Shown: positions 27,795 to 41,490, numbered from the whole stretch's first letter. The stretch: DNA of 63,169 bases, filler included, from Octopus bimaculoides (GCF_001194135.2; 7 parts of 6 records of this genome joined end to end with filler, not necessarily neighbours in it), one strand, 5' to 3'. Program-made: numbers and translations. The notes: generated by a model from the sequence alone, not told the origin.

Positions 27795-28577
27795 GGAGAG
27801 ATACTATTGACAATAAAATAATTCATTTATATTACTATATTACGTGATATACTATGAATATAACATAACAAACAATTTTTAAAACAAGAAAAGGCCAACA
27901 AATTGTTTCGACTTATTTATATTTTTTCTGATATACATACAGAATAACAGTTCCCTTATATATAAATCCCTTCAGGGTCATGTTTTTAAAATAGACAAAA
28001 TTCCGTATGAATTCAGTTTGCTAGATAAATATATAGACTGATCGATAAATACTTGTGCACTTACGTATGTGTATGTGTGTGATGTGTGTGTGAGTGTATG
28101 TGTACCTTATTATATATTTGTTCATACTTTTATATATACATATGACCTCTTCCATATATATGAAAAATGCCACTGAGTAAGCAAGTTCTAGAATTCATAA
28201 ACTTAATCTATAGAAATTTAAATATAAGGATATTAAATTTGTGAAAAAACTCCATTGTCAAAACTTCTCTAGAAATATGTTTTGACGAAATCTTACGATA
28301 AATTTCCCTTGAAGGAACTGATGGGAAATTGTATATGTATATNNNNNNNNNNNNNNNNNNNNNNNNNNNNNNNNNNNNNNNNNNNNNNNNNNNNNNNNNN
28401 NNNNNNNNNNNNNNNNNNNNNNNNNNNNNNNNNNNNNNNNNNNNNNNNNNNNNNNNNNNNNNNNNNNNNNNNNNNNNNNNNNNNNNNNNNNNNNNNNNNN
28501 NNNNNNNNNNNNNNNNNNNNNNNNNNNNNNNNNNNNNNNNNNNNNNNNNNNNNNNNNNNNNNNNNNNNNNNNNNNNN

Positions 28578-28611
<34 letters not shown>

Positions 28612-29549
28612 AGAATTACTGAGTGGTAGAGAAGTGATAACGAATCTGTGTTAAAATATAGTTAATTATATGGGATTTATGGTATCTAAATTTTATTTTG
28701 TGTCGATAGCAAAATTGTGTGCTATTTACATCACACATAAAATTGCCTGCCTAGAATTAAAACTCTTTTATCATTAAGTGTAAAATTATCCTGTATATTC
28801 AGGTTTGACTGGTTTGAAAACTTATCACCATTCATGTACTCAGTGACTAACAAAATTTTTCATTCAATATAACTAAGTTTGCATTAAAAATTACTTATGA
28901 ACATTCCTTATCTGTAGACGGTTTTCTGTTAGAATTTCCGTCTGACCTTATAGAGGTTAATGAAATATTGTAAATTAATGTTTACATATTTAAATACATC
29001 TGTGCAAACCATCAAGCCATCGTGGAACTTTTGGATCATGATAAGGAACCTGCTGAAAGAAGTAAACTTCCATGGTATTCCATAAGGACTCTTTGCCGAC
29101 CGTTGAATATTCTTGAGACTTCGGAAAATATGCCGTCAGAATGTTATTGAATGATTCCCGGTGATGGCCAGTTTGCTGAAAGCATATGAACCGCTGACGC
29201 TAAGATGAATCTTTACTCTGCGAACTAAAATTACGAAACCAGTGACAACCTCTTCTATATATAGGCTCTCTAGGTTTTATAGGATTGCTGGCCTCGGTAG
29301 TCTTCACACGAGCCTACAACGGAAGGCATATCAAATAACCAACAGTTTTGTTTATCTGCATCAAAATGGAAAGAATATGGATAGATTTTCAGTGGGTCCG
29401 TATTGTATTAAAAAGCACTAAGTGAATATTACCGCAATAAATAGAATGAAATTGGTAAACGACTTGTAAAATATAATGCTGTGTTATTTGTTTGTCGACA
29501 AATGGGTTTTTAGAAATTCAAAATTAGCCGAAAAACAGTTACTTTTATC

Positions 29550-29608
<59 letters not shown>

Positions 29609-32472
29609 GAAAGCATTATTGCTGTTAAGAACAGCAATAATGAGGCGGTTAGCAAGACTTCAACCTTAATAGGCATAATATTAAATGTTTGAANNNNNNN
29701 NNNNNNNNNNNNNNNNNNNNNNNNNNNNNNNNNNNNNNNNNNNNNNNNNNNNNNNNNNNNNNNNNNNNNNNNNNNNNNNNNNNNNNNNNNNNNNNNNNNN
29801 NNNNNNNNNNNNNNNNNNNNNNNNNNNNNNNNNNNNNNNNNNNNNNNNNNNNNNNNNNNNNNNNNNNNNNNNNNNNNNNNNNNNNNNNNNNNNNNNNNNN
29901 NNNNNNNNNNNNNNNNNNNNNNNNNNNNNNNNNNNNNNNNNNNNNNNNNNNNNNNNNNNNNNNNNNNNNNNNNNNNNNNNNNNNNNNNNNNNNNNNNNNN
30001 NNNNNNNNNNNNNNNNNNNNNNNNNNNNNNNNNNNNNNNNNNNNNNNNNNNNNNNNNNNNNNNNNNNNNNNNNNNNNNNNNNNNNNNNNNNNNNNNNNNN
30101 NNNNNNNNNNNNNNNNNNNNNNNNNNNNNNNNNNNNNNNNNNNNNNNNNNNNNNNNNNNNNNNNNNNNNNNNNNNNNNNNNNNNNNNNNNNNNNNNNNNN
30201 NNNNNNNNNNNNNNATATATATATATATATATACATATGATCATCTTGTTTCGGTATAAAGAAATGTCTTTCCGAAAGCATCTAGATTGATATGTGGAAG
30301 GTCTAAATATATCCTGCACAATGGAAAAGCATACTAAGAAATGGCTGAATTCCACATTTTATGTACTGTTAGGAATGGATGTTAGTTTAGTAAAAATCTA
30401 AGACAGAAACAAGTCTGCTAATATTTAATGAGGTTGTTATATAACGTGCAAATGCATTATAATATTTAATTCTAGCTTGTTTTTGTGAGATTCTTTAGTC
30501 TAAGTTAATATTAGTTTACTCTTGCCATAATTCAAGAATGTAAATAAAGAACGTATGGCACTACAGTAACGATATAAACGAAATGTAAACTGTAGACTAT
30601 TATAGAAAATATATATTTATATACAAATACGAATATACGTACATACACTTATGCATATTTGTATACGTACAACAGTTTGTCATGTAATTTCATATAGCTG
30701 TAGCGAAGTACAGAAATAATGACAGGCAGAGATGATGCAAAAGAAGATAATGATAAATCTCAAATCGCCATCAAATATTCGGAAGAGCTGTCTGTAGAAA
30801 TATCTTGATAGTAGATATTATCAAACTTTTATTGATTGCACATTTCTACATTTAGAAGTAAATACTGCTCTCTTTTTATTTAGTTTTTGCTTTTTTTTTG
30901 TTTACAATATCTCTCTCTCCATTTTCACACTTGCATAAAATTCTTTCTATCTTTCAAATAAGATATACTGTAAATTGCATTTGGCATATAACAATTTGCA
31001 TTAAATTGAAACATATAAATTCGAAATTTAATTTCCTCACTGTATTATGCGTTTTATCATAAACACTACTAAGTTGTGTTTTTGTTTACAAAGTTTTGTA
31101 ATTCGCATTCTCCTAGAAATTCATAAAGAATATGGTCTCAGGATAAGACGGAGTTGCAGTTTTATTACATGTGAAATATTAGTATTACTAGGCAATGTCG
31201 ATAAATTACTTTAGTCATTTATACATGAAATACATTTTTCGTATGAACTTCATTATTTTGGAAGCATCTTATTTCTTATGCTGGACAATATGCCAAGTAA
31301 TGTAACACAGGAAGAAAATTTGGTAATTTAAAATGCCAAATGAATTAATTTGTTACAAATTATTCATACGACAAAACAAAGCGTAAGACGTGGAAAATAA
31401 AGAATAATATCAGTTAACTTGTAAAATCTATTCTTCCAATAAGCGTATTTAGAACATGAATAGCCGTTCTTTATGAACAATGGTCTGTGGTTCACTTGTT
31501 TGTAATCTAGTGGTAAAATTACCGTAGTCAAAATCATTGATTCAGAATTCAGAATTGATTTGAGTAGCTTAATCAGAATTTTGCAATAGTGAATTAATCC
31601 TCCAACATGTAAGTTAAGGTTGCTGTCATATTAATATTTAAGGAGTTACTTCCTGAATAGCTGAAATATTATATTTCAATACTTATATATGGTAGGTTTT
31701 CCTGAGAATACTATATAAAATAATCACGAACGAACTATGAAATATATCGTGACAATAAGCAGGAGATATACGATGACAGATTAAAAGCATCGCGTGAAAA
31801 CTGCTAACTTGAAATCATGATCTTGATCCTCCAGATGATGCGAATAAATACATAAAGAGAACTTCGTGAATAGACTCACGAAAGTTAAAACTGAAAACAC
31901 AATATAGATGCTGAAATAGAGAATGATAAAACTAAAATAAAAGCAAATGCGTGTTGAGACAATTAGATTATTGTCAAAGGGACGCAGAATTAATTGAGAG
32001 AAAGACAATGCTTTATAGAATTCAACACAGTTACAGCGACTACGAAAGTATTTGTTAGAAGAGACAATGCCTCGTAATCATATATAATAATTTTGTTTTT
32101 ACGACTGAGTGAAGTGTACTTATCCGACTAAGATTTGTGAGGGAATTAAAACTTGGGAAAATAGTGAATGCGTAAGAAAATTGAAACAATATGAGGGATA
32201 GACATAAATGAAGAAACATTTTGATGAGAATGTGCCAAACAAAACGCAAATAGATACAAATAACTAAACTAGGTATCTGGCCAATCTCACGTGAGGGGAC
32301 AGGAAGCATCCCCTTGTTGTATACTACACCAGAAGTCTAAACAATAGTGTATCTGCTGGCAAAGAAGAACAATGAACAACATTATTAGAGAAGATGAAGT
32401 GAAATCTTAATCACCATTCAATAATTTGGAAGTGAACATCAATAGCTGAAGCCTGCTTTGCCTTAAGTAGCT

Positions 32473-32912
32473 TTGGATGCAAGACCATTCACATATCAAC
32501 AAAATGCTACTAGATTTAGATCAGGGTTTCCGGAACACGCACATACTATACTTGGTGATAGTGTGGTCTATGCAACCCTCTTTCAGGCTAGACCGGGAGA
32601 GATTTGGAAATATTTGGATCTTGTGGTATGGAAAATCATTCAGCGTTGGAATTGTAGTTCAGTGATCCAAGTGGAATGCAGCAACGGAAGCGATTCCTTC
32701 CGACTTGTAATCGTTTATGCTTCATCAGGAGCAGGGTATCTAGATATTTTCAGTCGATTTAAAAACATTCTTGGAACCATCGATTTCATCAATGCAAATA
32801 GGCAATTGGCAAAATCTTTGAAGTCTGCTGGGATAGTACTGGAAATACTAATAACAATGGTGGTATAACAACTTGTAAAAAATTTCGGGCATTTTCCGTA
32901 ATCTAACAGGAA
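32473..32912 (+). pseudogene. L1/Tx1-type APE endonuclease relic
   Basis: FRLVIVYASSGAGYLDIFSRFKNILG (xxVYAP motif) followed in a shifted frame by IGNW (GDWN/GDFN-like). Confidence 0.6.
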
Positions 32913-33761
32913 ATATCTTTCGTGTATTTCTGTGTGAGTTTCTATCCATTAGGAAGTTTGGACTATATTGACATCTTAATAGAATCTTCTATCCAGTGAC
33001 GGATTGCTCTCGTCTGTGTAGACTTGCCATTTCAGGGGCCGAGAAAAATTAACTCTCTTGCCCTGGTATTGAATGCGTTCATATAACAGTAACTGAAGAC
33101 GCGCAAGGTGGACGAAGATGATGTTTCAATTTTGTTTTGCTGGCAACCCGGTTTGTGATTGTTACTGGAAGGACGGATTGCACAAACAGCCGTTTGCAAT
33201 TGTCAGCAGATAAATTCAAGAGGAAGATTTCTATCTGTCATGATACACAGAAAAGTTTCTATGTTAACAATTGAAATACTTTCCGATAAGCTTCATCTGA
33301 ACTACTTGGTGGATGAAGCAGATTTTTTTCTTCTTACAAAAGGCTGGATTGCTCCGGTGATTAGTAGTATTTCCTAGTAATCCAGATTAAACAGCAATCT
33401 TTTGCACCCTTGCTAATCCTGCATTCATGTTTCATTCCCTTCTATCTTTCTATTCATTTTGGAGAGCACTACACCATAGCAGACATAACAGTCCATAACG
33501 GTTATCTCCTTGGCATAGTTCATTTAGTGGCACGCTGAACACGGATCTCCACCTCAGTAACACTTTATTCAGTAGCAAGTAGCAGTATTATATGAACGTA
33601 TTCAATGCCAGGGCAAGAGAGTTAATTTTTCTCGGCCCCTGGAATGGCAAGTCTACACAGACGAGAGCAATCCGTCACTGGATAGAAGATCCTATTAAGA
33701 TGTCGATATAGTCCAAACTTCCTAATGGATAGAAACTAACACAGGAATACACTAAAGATAT
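32913..33761. repeat. 174-bp inverted repeat pair (32913-33086 and 33588-33761)
   Basis: Manual alignment gives about 8 mismatches over 174 bp; spacer about 500 bp. Confidence 0.9.
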
Positions 33762-34601
33762 CTATTATTTAACAGTTGAGTAAATAGGGCGAATGCGTGT
33801 CTCATTTCCGTTGTCTATTTACATTCCAATCGCTCTGACATATTCTCCTTAAGAGACCGTTTTGGAGAATCTCCTTTTGTTTGCTATTTGTTAGAGACGT
33901 GTTGCATTTATCAGAATGCCAGTTTGCTGGCACGTCTATCTGGCGGAGGACAATACCGCGACTGATAAGCAAATATGCGCAGAGACTGTCCAACCTCTTA
34001 AGATTCGTTGTTGGTGAAGAGCTGTGTTCTCCCCGTGCCACACATACCTTCAATAACTCGTCTTTTTTTGTAATGCTATTAAAATGTATAATGCTGCACC
34101 TTGTTTGAATCCCTAAAACTCCGATGATTATTGGCAGCGTTATGACCGTGCTGACTGCATTATGGCAGCATTTCAGAATTACACACTGCCTTATTTTTTT
34201 CATTTTTTAATTCATTTCTCTTCGTATGATATTTCACTTTGTCACAAAACCGAAAGATGAATGCAGCAATATTCATCATCTGGTCATTACGTTAAAGACC
34301 CATGCGATAATTACTTCGTCATTTTCAGGAACTTGATTTCTTCTCTTCTCATGGATTTTCTCTGCACAATACAAACTGAATCGCTCGCAAAAATTCCATA
34401 GAATCATTGATTAAATTCGCTCCTGTCTACGCCATCTGATTTTCGTCCGAGTTATCCTCACGACTTCTGCATTTAAATATCAAGCGGTGTTCCCCTCACA
34501 AATCAGTTCCTATGAAACTATAATCAATCTCTTTCGAAATTCTTTTGTACACTCTATTTGCTGAGTTTGCCATCATCATCAACATCACTATCATCATCAT
34601 C

Positions 34602-34661
<60 letters not shown>

Positions 34662-36445
34662 GTTCAGTAATTTTATTTTTGTAACGTGCTTTCACTTCAC
34701 TACCGAGCGCAGCTCTGTGTGCCTTGGGTATGTGCTGTGGTTTGCTGTGGTGCTCTTATGTTTACTGTATTGAAAGTGTTTTGCGTAGAATGTGTGCAGT
34801 ACCCAGTAGTGCAATTTTCTGTATGTTATATATATTTGTAAGTCCTGGTGTTTTTGTTATGTATTTGTCTGAATATTTTTTTAATTATACCTAAGGCACC
34901 TACTATGATAGGAATTGTTTCTGTTTTTAGATTCCACATTCGAGTTACCTCTATTTCCAGGTCTGAGTTCAAATTCCGCCGGGATCGACTTTGCCTGTCA
35001 TCCCACTCGGGGACGATGAATCATGTATCAGTTCAACACTCCCCCTCCCCCTCCCCACACACTTTCATGCCCGCTGCCGATGCTAGAAGTATTATCGCTA
35101 TTATCAGCACCCTTATCGTCACCGTAATCATCATTGTCATCACAATCATCATCTTTATTATTATTACCATCATCATCGTCATCGTCGTCATCATTATTTG
35201 TCCAGACTCCTTAGTATACTCGTGACAGCCTAACCTGTGGATACCTCATGATGGTATTGCTGGTGTCGTTGTCATCTGTAGACAATTTATACATATGGAC
35301 TATGACTATGTGTCAGAAACAAGTCTGTGAGACTGCCACTGCAATACTAACATTCATTTCAGTCCTCTTGTCGAACTATTCAAATTGTTTTTGTTTTTCT
35401 AAATTGAGAGGTTTGCAGAAACGCAGTAATTATACTAACGTGATTGCCTTTTATGAAGTGTATAACTTGTACTTTTTTTATGAATAGCAAAAAATGTAGG
35501 TATTTGCAGTGCGAAATGTTGCTACATTCGTTGAAACGCAATTGTGCTGTTCGGTCATACCTCAGATACTAAAGTGAATGACAAGTGATATTGTTTATTT
35601 CAGCATCGTAGCAACAAAACAATGGTGAACACAAATAGGTTATTTTTTTTCCTCTTCATTTTTCCATTGAATTTGCTGATTATCTTGGCTGTAGGCAGAT
35701 ATGACATGAATATCTTCAATGGACGAAAAGTTCATTGTGGGACAAGTATTGATATTGCAAATTCTCGTGCAGTGATAACAACGGTTAATAAATTAGAGAA
35801 ATAGAGAAACGGAGGAAAAATAATTGTTGTTAATATGCCATTTCCCAAAATTCACCCATACATCTTTACTTCACTGGAGTCTCTGTTCGAAGTTGTGATT
35901 TTCAAAGAGACAGAAAGTAACAATGAAGCTGAAACCATGGAGTTGAAAGCCTGGTGTGGTATCCACACCGACTGAAGTCAGTTATATTTTTCGAGTTTTA
36001 TCATTTCCAATACAAGAACTAACTTCTAATTTGCACCAATTACATTCATTCGTAGATATATGAAGGAACAGATGTAAAAGGTGTAAACAAATATGAATGT
36101 AATTTTTTGGCAGTTAAGATGAACCACTGACGAAACCTTAAGGTTATTGCAATGCTATTATCAGTTCAAATTTCACTTATCCCTGATTAGCTCCACCCCC
36201 ACTCCGCAACTTTAGGTTATTGTCATTAAAACTTGTTTTAAATTATTTCATTCACTACTTGTAAGTTGGTTTTGCGTTAATATTCTGACGAAATATCTTA
36301 AAATGATTAAATGAATGCATATAAAATTGATTCAACTACAGATAGGGAAATTCCACGAATTTATACAAACACACGCACACGCACATACACACACAGACAC
36401 ACACACACACACACAGACACACACACACACACACAAACACCCCCC

Positions 36446-36476
<31 letters not shown>

Positions 36477-36509
36477 TGAGAAAAATGACAACTGGTTTAC
36501 GCTTTTTAC

Positions 36510-36880
36510 TCGGGCATGACTGTGTGGTAAGAAGTTCACTTCCGAACCACACGGTTCCAGGTTCATCCCCACATTTTAGGCAAGTTCTTCTACTATAGCC
36601 TCGGGTCGACCAAAGCCATGTAAGTCCGTTGGCAAACGGAAACTGAATGAAGCCCGTTGTATATATATTTATGTGTGTCTGTATTTCTCCACCATCACTG
36701 CTTTACAATCATTGTTGGTGTGTTTACGTCCCTGTAACTAAGCGATTGGGAGGAAAATCAATACATTATGTACCGGTCTAGAAAAAAACTCAAATACTGA
36801 GGTCGATTCCTTCGACTGAACATACTTCAAGGTGGTGCGCCAGCATGGCTGCAGTGTCATGATTGCAAAACTAGTAAAAG
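36510..36880 (+). mobile_element. SINE family B, diverged
   Basis: ctgtgtggtaagaagtt...actatagcctcgggtcgaccaaagcc...cagcatggctgcagt. Confidence 0.75.
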
Positions 36881-37901
36881 ATAAATGGTAAAACATTATA
36901 TGCAGCATTATATATGTCAGCTGTTTTTCGGATATTCCTGCTGCACCTCTCCACCAGTGGTAAGTTAAATGCCTGTTGAAGTGCCAGAGAGTATAATAAT
37001 TGAAGAACATTTATATCTTATTTCTGAACGTTTCAGATGATATATCGATGGCTGACTGTAATGTCCTTCTGTTTATTTCTTGGAGCATTTGAAAAGCTGA
37101 TTAGTTATTACCGCAAGACCAATATCAATACCTAATCGCCTTTAGTGATTAGAAGATGAAGTAGGAGGTCGATAAAAAGAAAGAAAATATTGATCAAGAA
37201 ACTATATAATAAGAACGAAGAGGTGTTTGAAAATCTCATCTCATAGAGTGAATATATAATTCAATGCTGTAAAATACTTCATACTATCTGAATGGTACTG
37301 AGATATTTTGACAGAAACATCGTAAGGCAAATGAATGTATAACAAGCAGTAGTAGCGTAGCAAAAAATACTTTCCGAGCTCAAATATTATTGAGGTGATA
37401 AGAGTGATCCATATTTTGAAATTAATAGAGCAAATATTCAAACAGATTTCTAACAATGTCAACTAAGAATTTTACAAAATCAGAAGATTTGTAGCCTAAC
37501 GATGCAGATGACTTATGTATTCGATAATAATAAGAATTCCGACTACAGTAGTAGCAAATCAAGAAGGTGACGAGCATGCATTTTGGGATTAAATCATTTT
37601 ACGTCTACTTATCTTTTGTCGTCTTAAAATTACTCGAAAATATATCGTTATCATTATTTCTATACTTAATCGCAACTCGGCTCTGTAATAAATAACGGAA
37701 AGTGAATTAGGGGATCTCTGTTGCACAAGAAAATTGATGAAAATATATTTCCAGTAGCATTACATGTGTGATATTAGGAAAGCACGACTGAATTCTTGCT
37801 GGCTAGACGCAATTTCAAACCAAAAAGAAAATAACTCACCGTCACTAAAATGTGACCAAGGGTGTAGGGAACACCAGCATATATAAATACGCATGCACAC
37901 A

Positions 37902-37940
<39 letters not shown>

Positions 37941-38394
37941 ACACACACACACACACACACACATACACACACGCACATATATTTTTAAATATATATATAC
38001 ACATATACACAGCTACTATTGCAGCGTCAGGGTTATTGCTTTTACAACAGGCCGCGGAAAATTCTTCCTAATTTCCAAACAAGCCGTCTATCAATCCATT
38101 TACGTATAAATAAATATGAATTAACGAAAATGATGTAGTGAGAATTTCGAATATTCCTTTACTGATGCTTCTCTCTCATTCTTTGAGATTCCTTATATGT
38201 AAGTTTTACCAAGAATTTCGTTCCCAATTTTACAAATCTGGAAGAGGGTGCTTTATATTTTATTTTGTTATGTATTTGTATGTGGGTGTAGAAAATATAA
38301 AGAGAAAAGAGGACAGAATAGAGTAGAGGAAGAAAGAGAGGAAAACAGAAAGAACAGAAAAGCAGAAGTAAAGAAAGGCGAAAGAAAGGTGGGA

Positions 38395-38520
38395 GAAAGA
38401 AAGGGGGAGAAAGAAAGGGGGGAGAAAGAAAGAGGGGAAAGGGGGAGAAAGAAAGGGGGAAAGGGGGAAAAAGAACGGGGGGGAAAAGAACGGGGGGAGA
38501 AAGAAAGGGGGGGAGAACGA
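38395..38520. repeat. Purine-rich minisatellite, about 15-bp unit (gggggagaaagaaag)
   Basis: Directly visible tandem units. Confidence 0.8.
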
Positions 38521-38894
38521 AGGGAAGAAAGGGTTTGCTTTTTTCTTTTTTCCTCCTGGGAGATGGCTTTTCTTGATATATTTTGGGATGGTCTGTGGTT
38601 AGAATTTTTTTTAACAGGTGGCTGACATTATTGACATTCCAAGATGTCATTTTTGTCTTTTAAAGAAAGGGAGAAAGAAATGCATGAAGAAGGGTAAGGA
38701 ACAAGGAGAATAGAAAGGAAAAAAAAACATCGGAAAGAGTCCACTGTGTAGACTAAGATCCCCTTTGACAGGTTGCTGGTGTTTATTGAGTGTTAAAAGC
38801 TTTCGGTAAATCCTTCATAGAGTAACTGCTGCACTTTTAAGTCTATAAACAGTTTGACTGCGTTTTTCCCTTGAGACAGTCAAAATGATGTGGA

Positions 38895-38940
38895 GGCCTC
38901 TGATGAGAACCCAATGAGGTTCGAAAATCGATTAATGTTG
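38895..38940 (+). ncRNA. Hammerhead ribozyme-like motif
   Basis: ggcct CUGAUGA gaacc caauga gguuc GAA AAUCGAUU A augtt: perfect 5-bp stem II, 8-nt palindromic stem III, eroded stem I. Confidence 0.6.
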
Positions 38941-39003
38941 TTCGTCATCTTTTCAGTCTGCGGAAAAATGGCTAAAATTTGCAGTTTATGATTATGCCAT
39001 ATG

Positions 39004-39051
<48 letters not shown>

Positions 39052-39955
39052 NNNNNNNNNNNNNNNNNNNNNNNNNNNNNNNNNNNNNNNNNNNNTTAAT
39101 TAATTAANNNNNNNNNNNNNNNNNNNNNNNNNNNNNNNNNNNNNNNNNNNNATGGGGAGATAAGTATAGTGAATGTTTACATATGTGTGTGCTAGCGCGC
39201 ACATACATATATGTACAAACACGTGCGTGTACGCACATGCACATACACATATACGTACACCCATATATATATACCCATACACACACATACACCCATACAC
39301 ATACACACACACACCCATACAGAAACCTTCACATATACATATGTACATACACGCTCACCTATACATATGTGCCTGTATATATACCTACATTCCTGTATAT
39401 ATATACAAACATGCAAATACCCACACACGCACACACATACATACGCATACATGCACATACACACACACACATGCATGTATATATGTATATACACCTATAT
39501 ACACAAATGTGTGTGCGTGTGTGTATGTGCATGCGTGCATATGTAGGTGCGTGCGGGCGGGCGTGTGTGGGTGTTTGTACGTTTGTATATATACAGGAAT
39601 GTATGTATATAAACAGGCAAGCAAGTAAAGGTGCGCGTGTGTGTGCATATGTACATGTGAAGGTTTCGGTATGGGTGTGTTGTATGTGTTTGAGTGTATG
39701 TGTGTATGTGTGTGAATGGGTATGTATACATAAGTATATGTATATATGTATATGTATGTGTGTGCACGTGTACGAGCACGGGGCGTGTGTGTGTGTGTAT
39801 GGGTGCAGGTGCGTATGTGTATGTATATATATATATATATATNNNNNNNNNNNNNNNNNNNNNNNNNNNNNNNNNNNNNNNNNNNNNNNNNNNNNNNNNN
39901 NNNNNNNNNNNNNNNNNNNNNNNNNNNNNNNNNNNNNNNNNNNNNNNNNNNNNNN

Positions 39956-40270
39956 GTTATAGTTGTTAGTTGATACTGCGCACTTATAAACTATGTTTTT
40001 AGTGAGACAGCGGTTATCTAAAGGACAGGCAGCTGAGCATCTGAAACTGCATAGGTTTTTAGTGGGTGTTCCGGATGAATTTGTGAGGGGATTGTTATTT
40101 AGTGAAGAATCGGTGTTCATTTTGTTATTATTGTTGGTGCTAAGGTTATCATTTGATAAGGAGTTGAGGGTAGTGTTGTTGGATTGTATGGTGTGATAAT
40201 TATTGTGTCCGGTGGTATCCTCTGGAATTTTCTCTATTATGCAAACAACCACTAGCTATGCTTAAATTCC
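39956..40270 (-). pseudogene. Penelope-like element, linker / GIY-YIG start
   Basis: CSFRCSAACPLDNRCLTKNIVYKCAVST matches the PLE pattern C.C...CPL...CL...IVY; truncated by a gap. Confidence 0.7.
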
Positions 40271-40611
40271 CCACCTTACCTTGCTTTATTCATACACACT
40301 TTCTTTCTCCCTCACAACCAAAAATATTTTTCTACCCTCTCTCCTCCAATTTATCTTCTCTTCAAATTCTGTGATTAAGCTATACTACTATATTATCTAC
40401 TACTAACCTGCCCAATTCCTCCTTCCTCTCACTCCAATCATTTCCCACCTTTCTTCCTAAGTAAATAAAGCCTCGTCACGTTGCTTCTAGTATGATGGCA
40501 CTCAGGCATAACAATTATCATCCTAGTTTTTCTATATTGTTCCCTCGTTCATTCCATAACTTTTGTGCAGTAGCGTACCACGCCTACAGCCCACTCTTTG
40601 AGTGGATACGA

Positions 40612-40845
40612 ATTAAAATAGAAAATGAAAAAGTAAAACATTTGGTATCACTCAAAAATTTTTTTATTTGAGTAGAGAATATAAACATAATGCAGAGTAG
40701 TTATGATAAATATGTAAAATCTCGTACGGTCGTAAGAAACTATCTTTTTATCATAACTACTTTGCACTATGTTTATATTCTCTATTCAAATTAAATGTTT
40801 TATGAGTGATGCCAAATATCTTGCTTTTCCATTTTCTATTTTAAT
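40612..40845. mobile_element. AT-rich hairpin MITE, about 100-bp arms
   Basis: 40612-40710 is the imperfect reverse complement of 40747-40845. Confidence 0.75.
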
Positions 40846-40855
40846 ACATCTATTT

Positions 40856-41490
40856 ATTAGCAATTAGAACCTAAAGGCAAAATTAATAGAGGGTACAAAA
40901 GTGACAGAGGTTTCTGACTAGCATCACTTATGCTAAAATAAAAGTTAAATTAACTACAAAGCCACTTAAGATCTATACTTAATGACTGACAAAGGAAGGT
41001 AAGTCCTTAGCGTATATAGCCGTATCGTGATTTCGAATTTTGGTAGCATAAGCGGGGCTAGTCAGTACCCTCCGTCACCTAAAGGCAATATTGCTTTTAG
41101 GTTCTAATTGCTAATGAGCCATACTTTTAATTTGTTGTTTTCACTTTTACCGTTTTGAAAATCAGCACATGTCCCATGCGTATATAGCCGTATCGCGATT
41201 TCTAATTATGGTGTAGACCACCTTAATCATAAAATTGACAAAGGAAGTTAAGTTTAACCCTAGGCGATAAGAGCCGCTGAACGTAATTGAGGTGGTCTAC
41301 ACCAAAATTCGAAATCGCGATACGGCTATATACGCTAGGGACTTATCTCTTTTTGTCAGTCATGAAGTATAGTACTTTAGTGGCTTTGGAGTTAATTTAA
41401 CTTTTATTTTAGTATAAGCAGTATCAGTCAGTACCTTCCGTCACTTTTGTGACCTCTATTAATTTTGCCTTCAGGTTCTAATTGCTAACA
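40856..41490. mobile_element. Complex foldback element with nested partial copies
   Basis: 40858-41045 is the reverse complement of about 41300-41488. Inner ggtgtagaccacc-TTAA (41210-41226) faces ttga-ggtggtctacacc (41287-41303). Confidence 0.75.
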
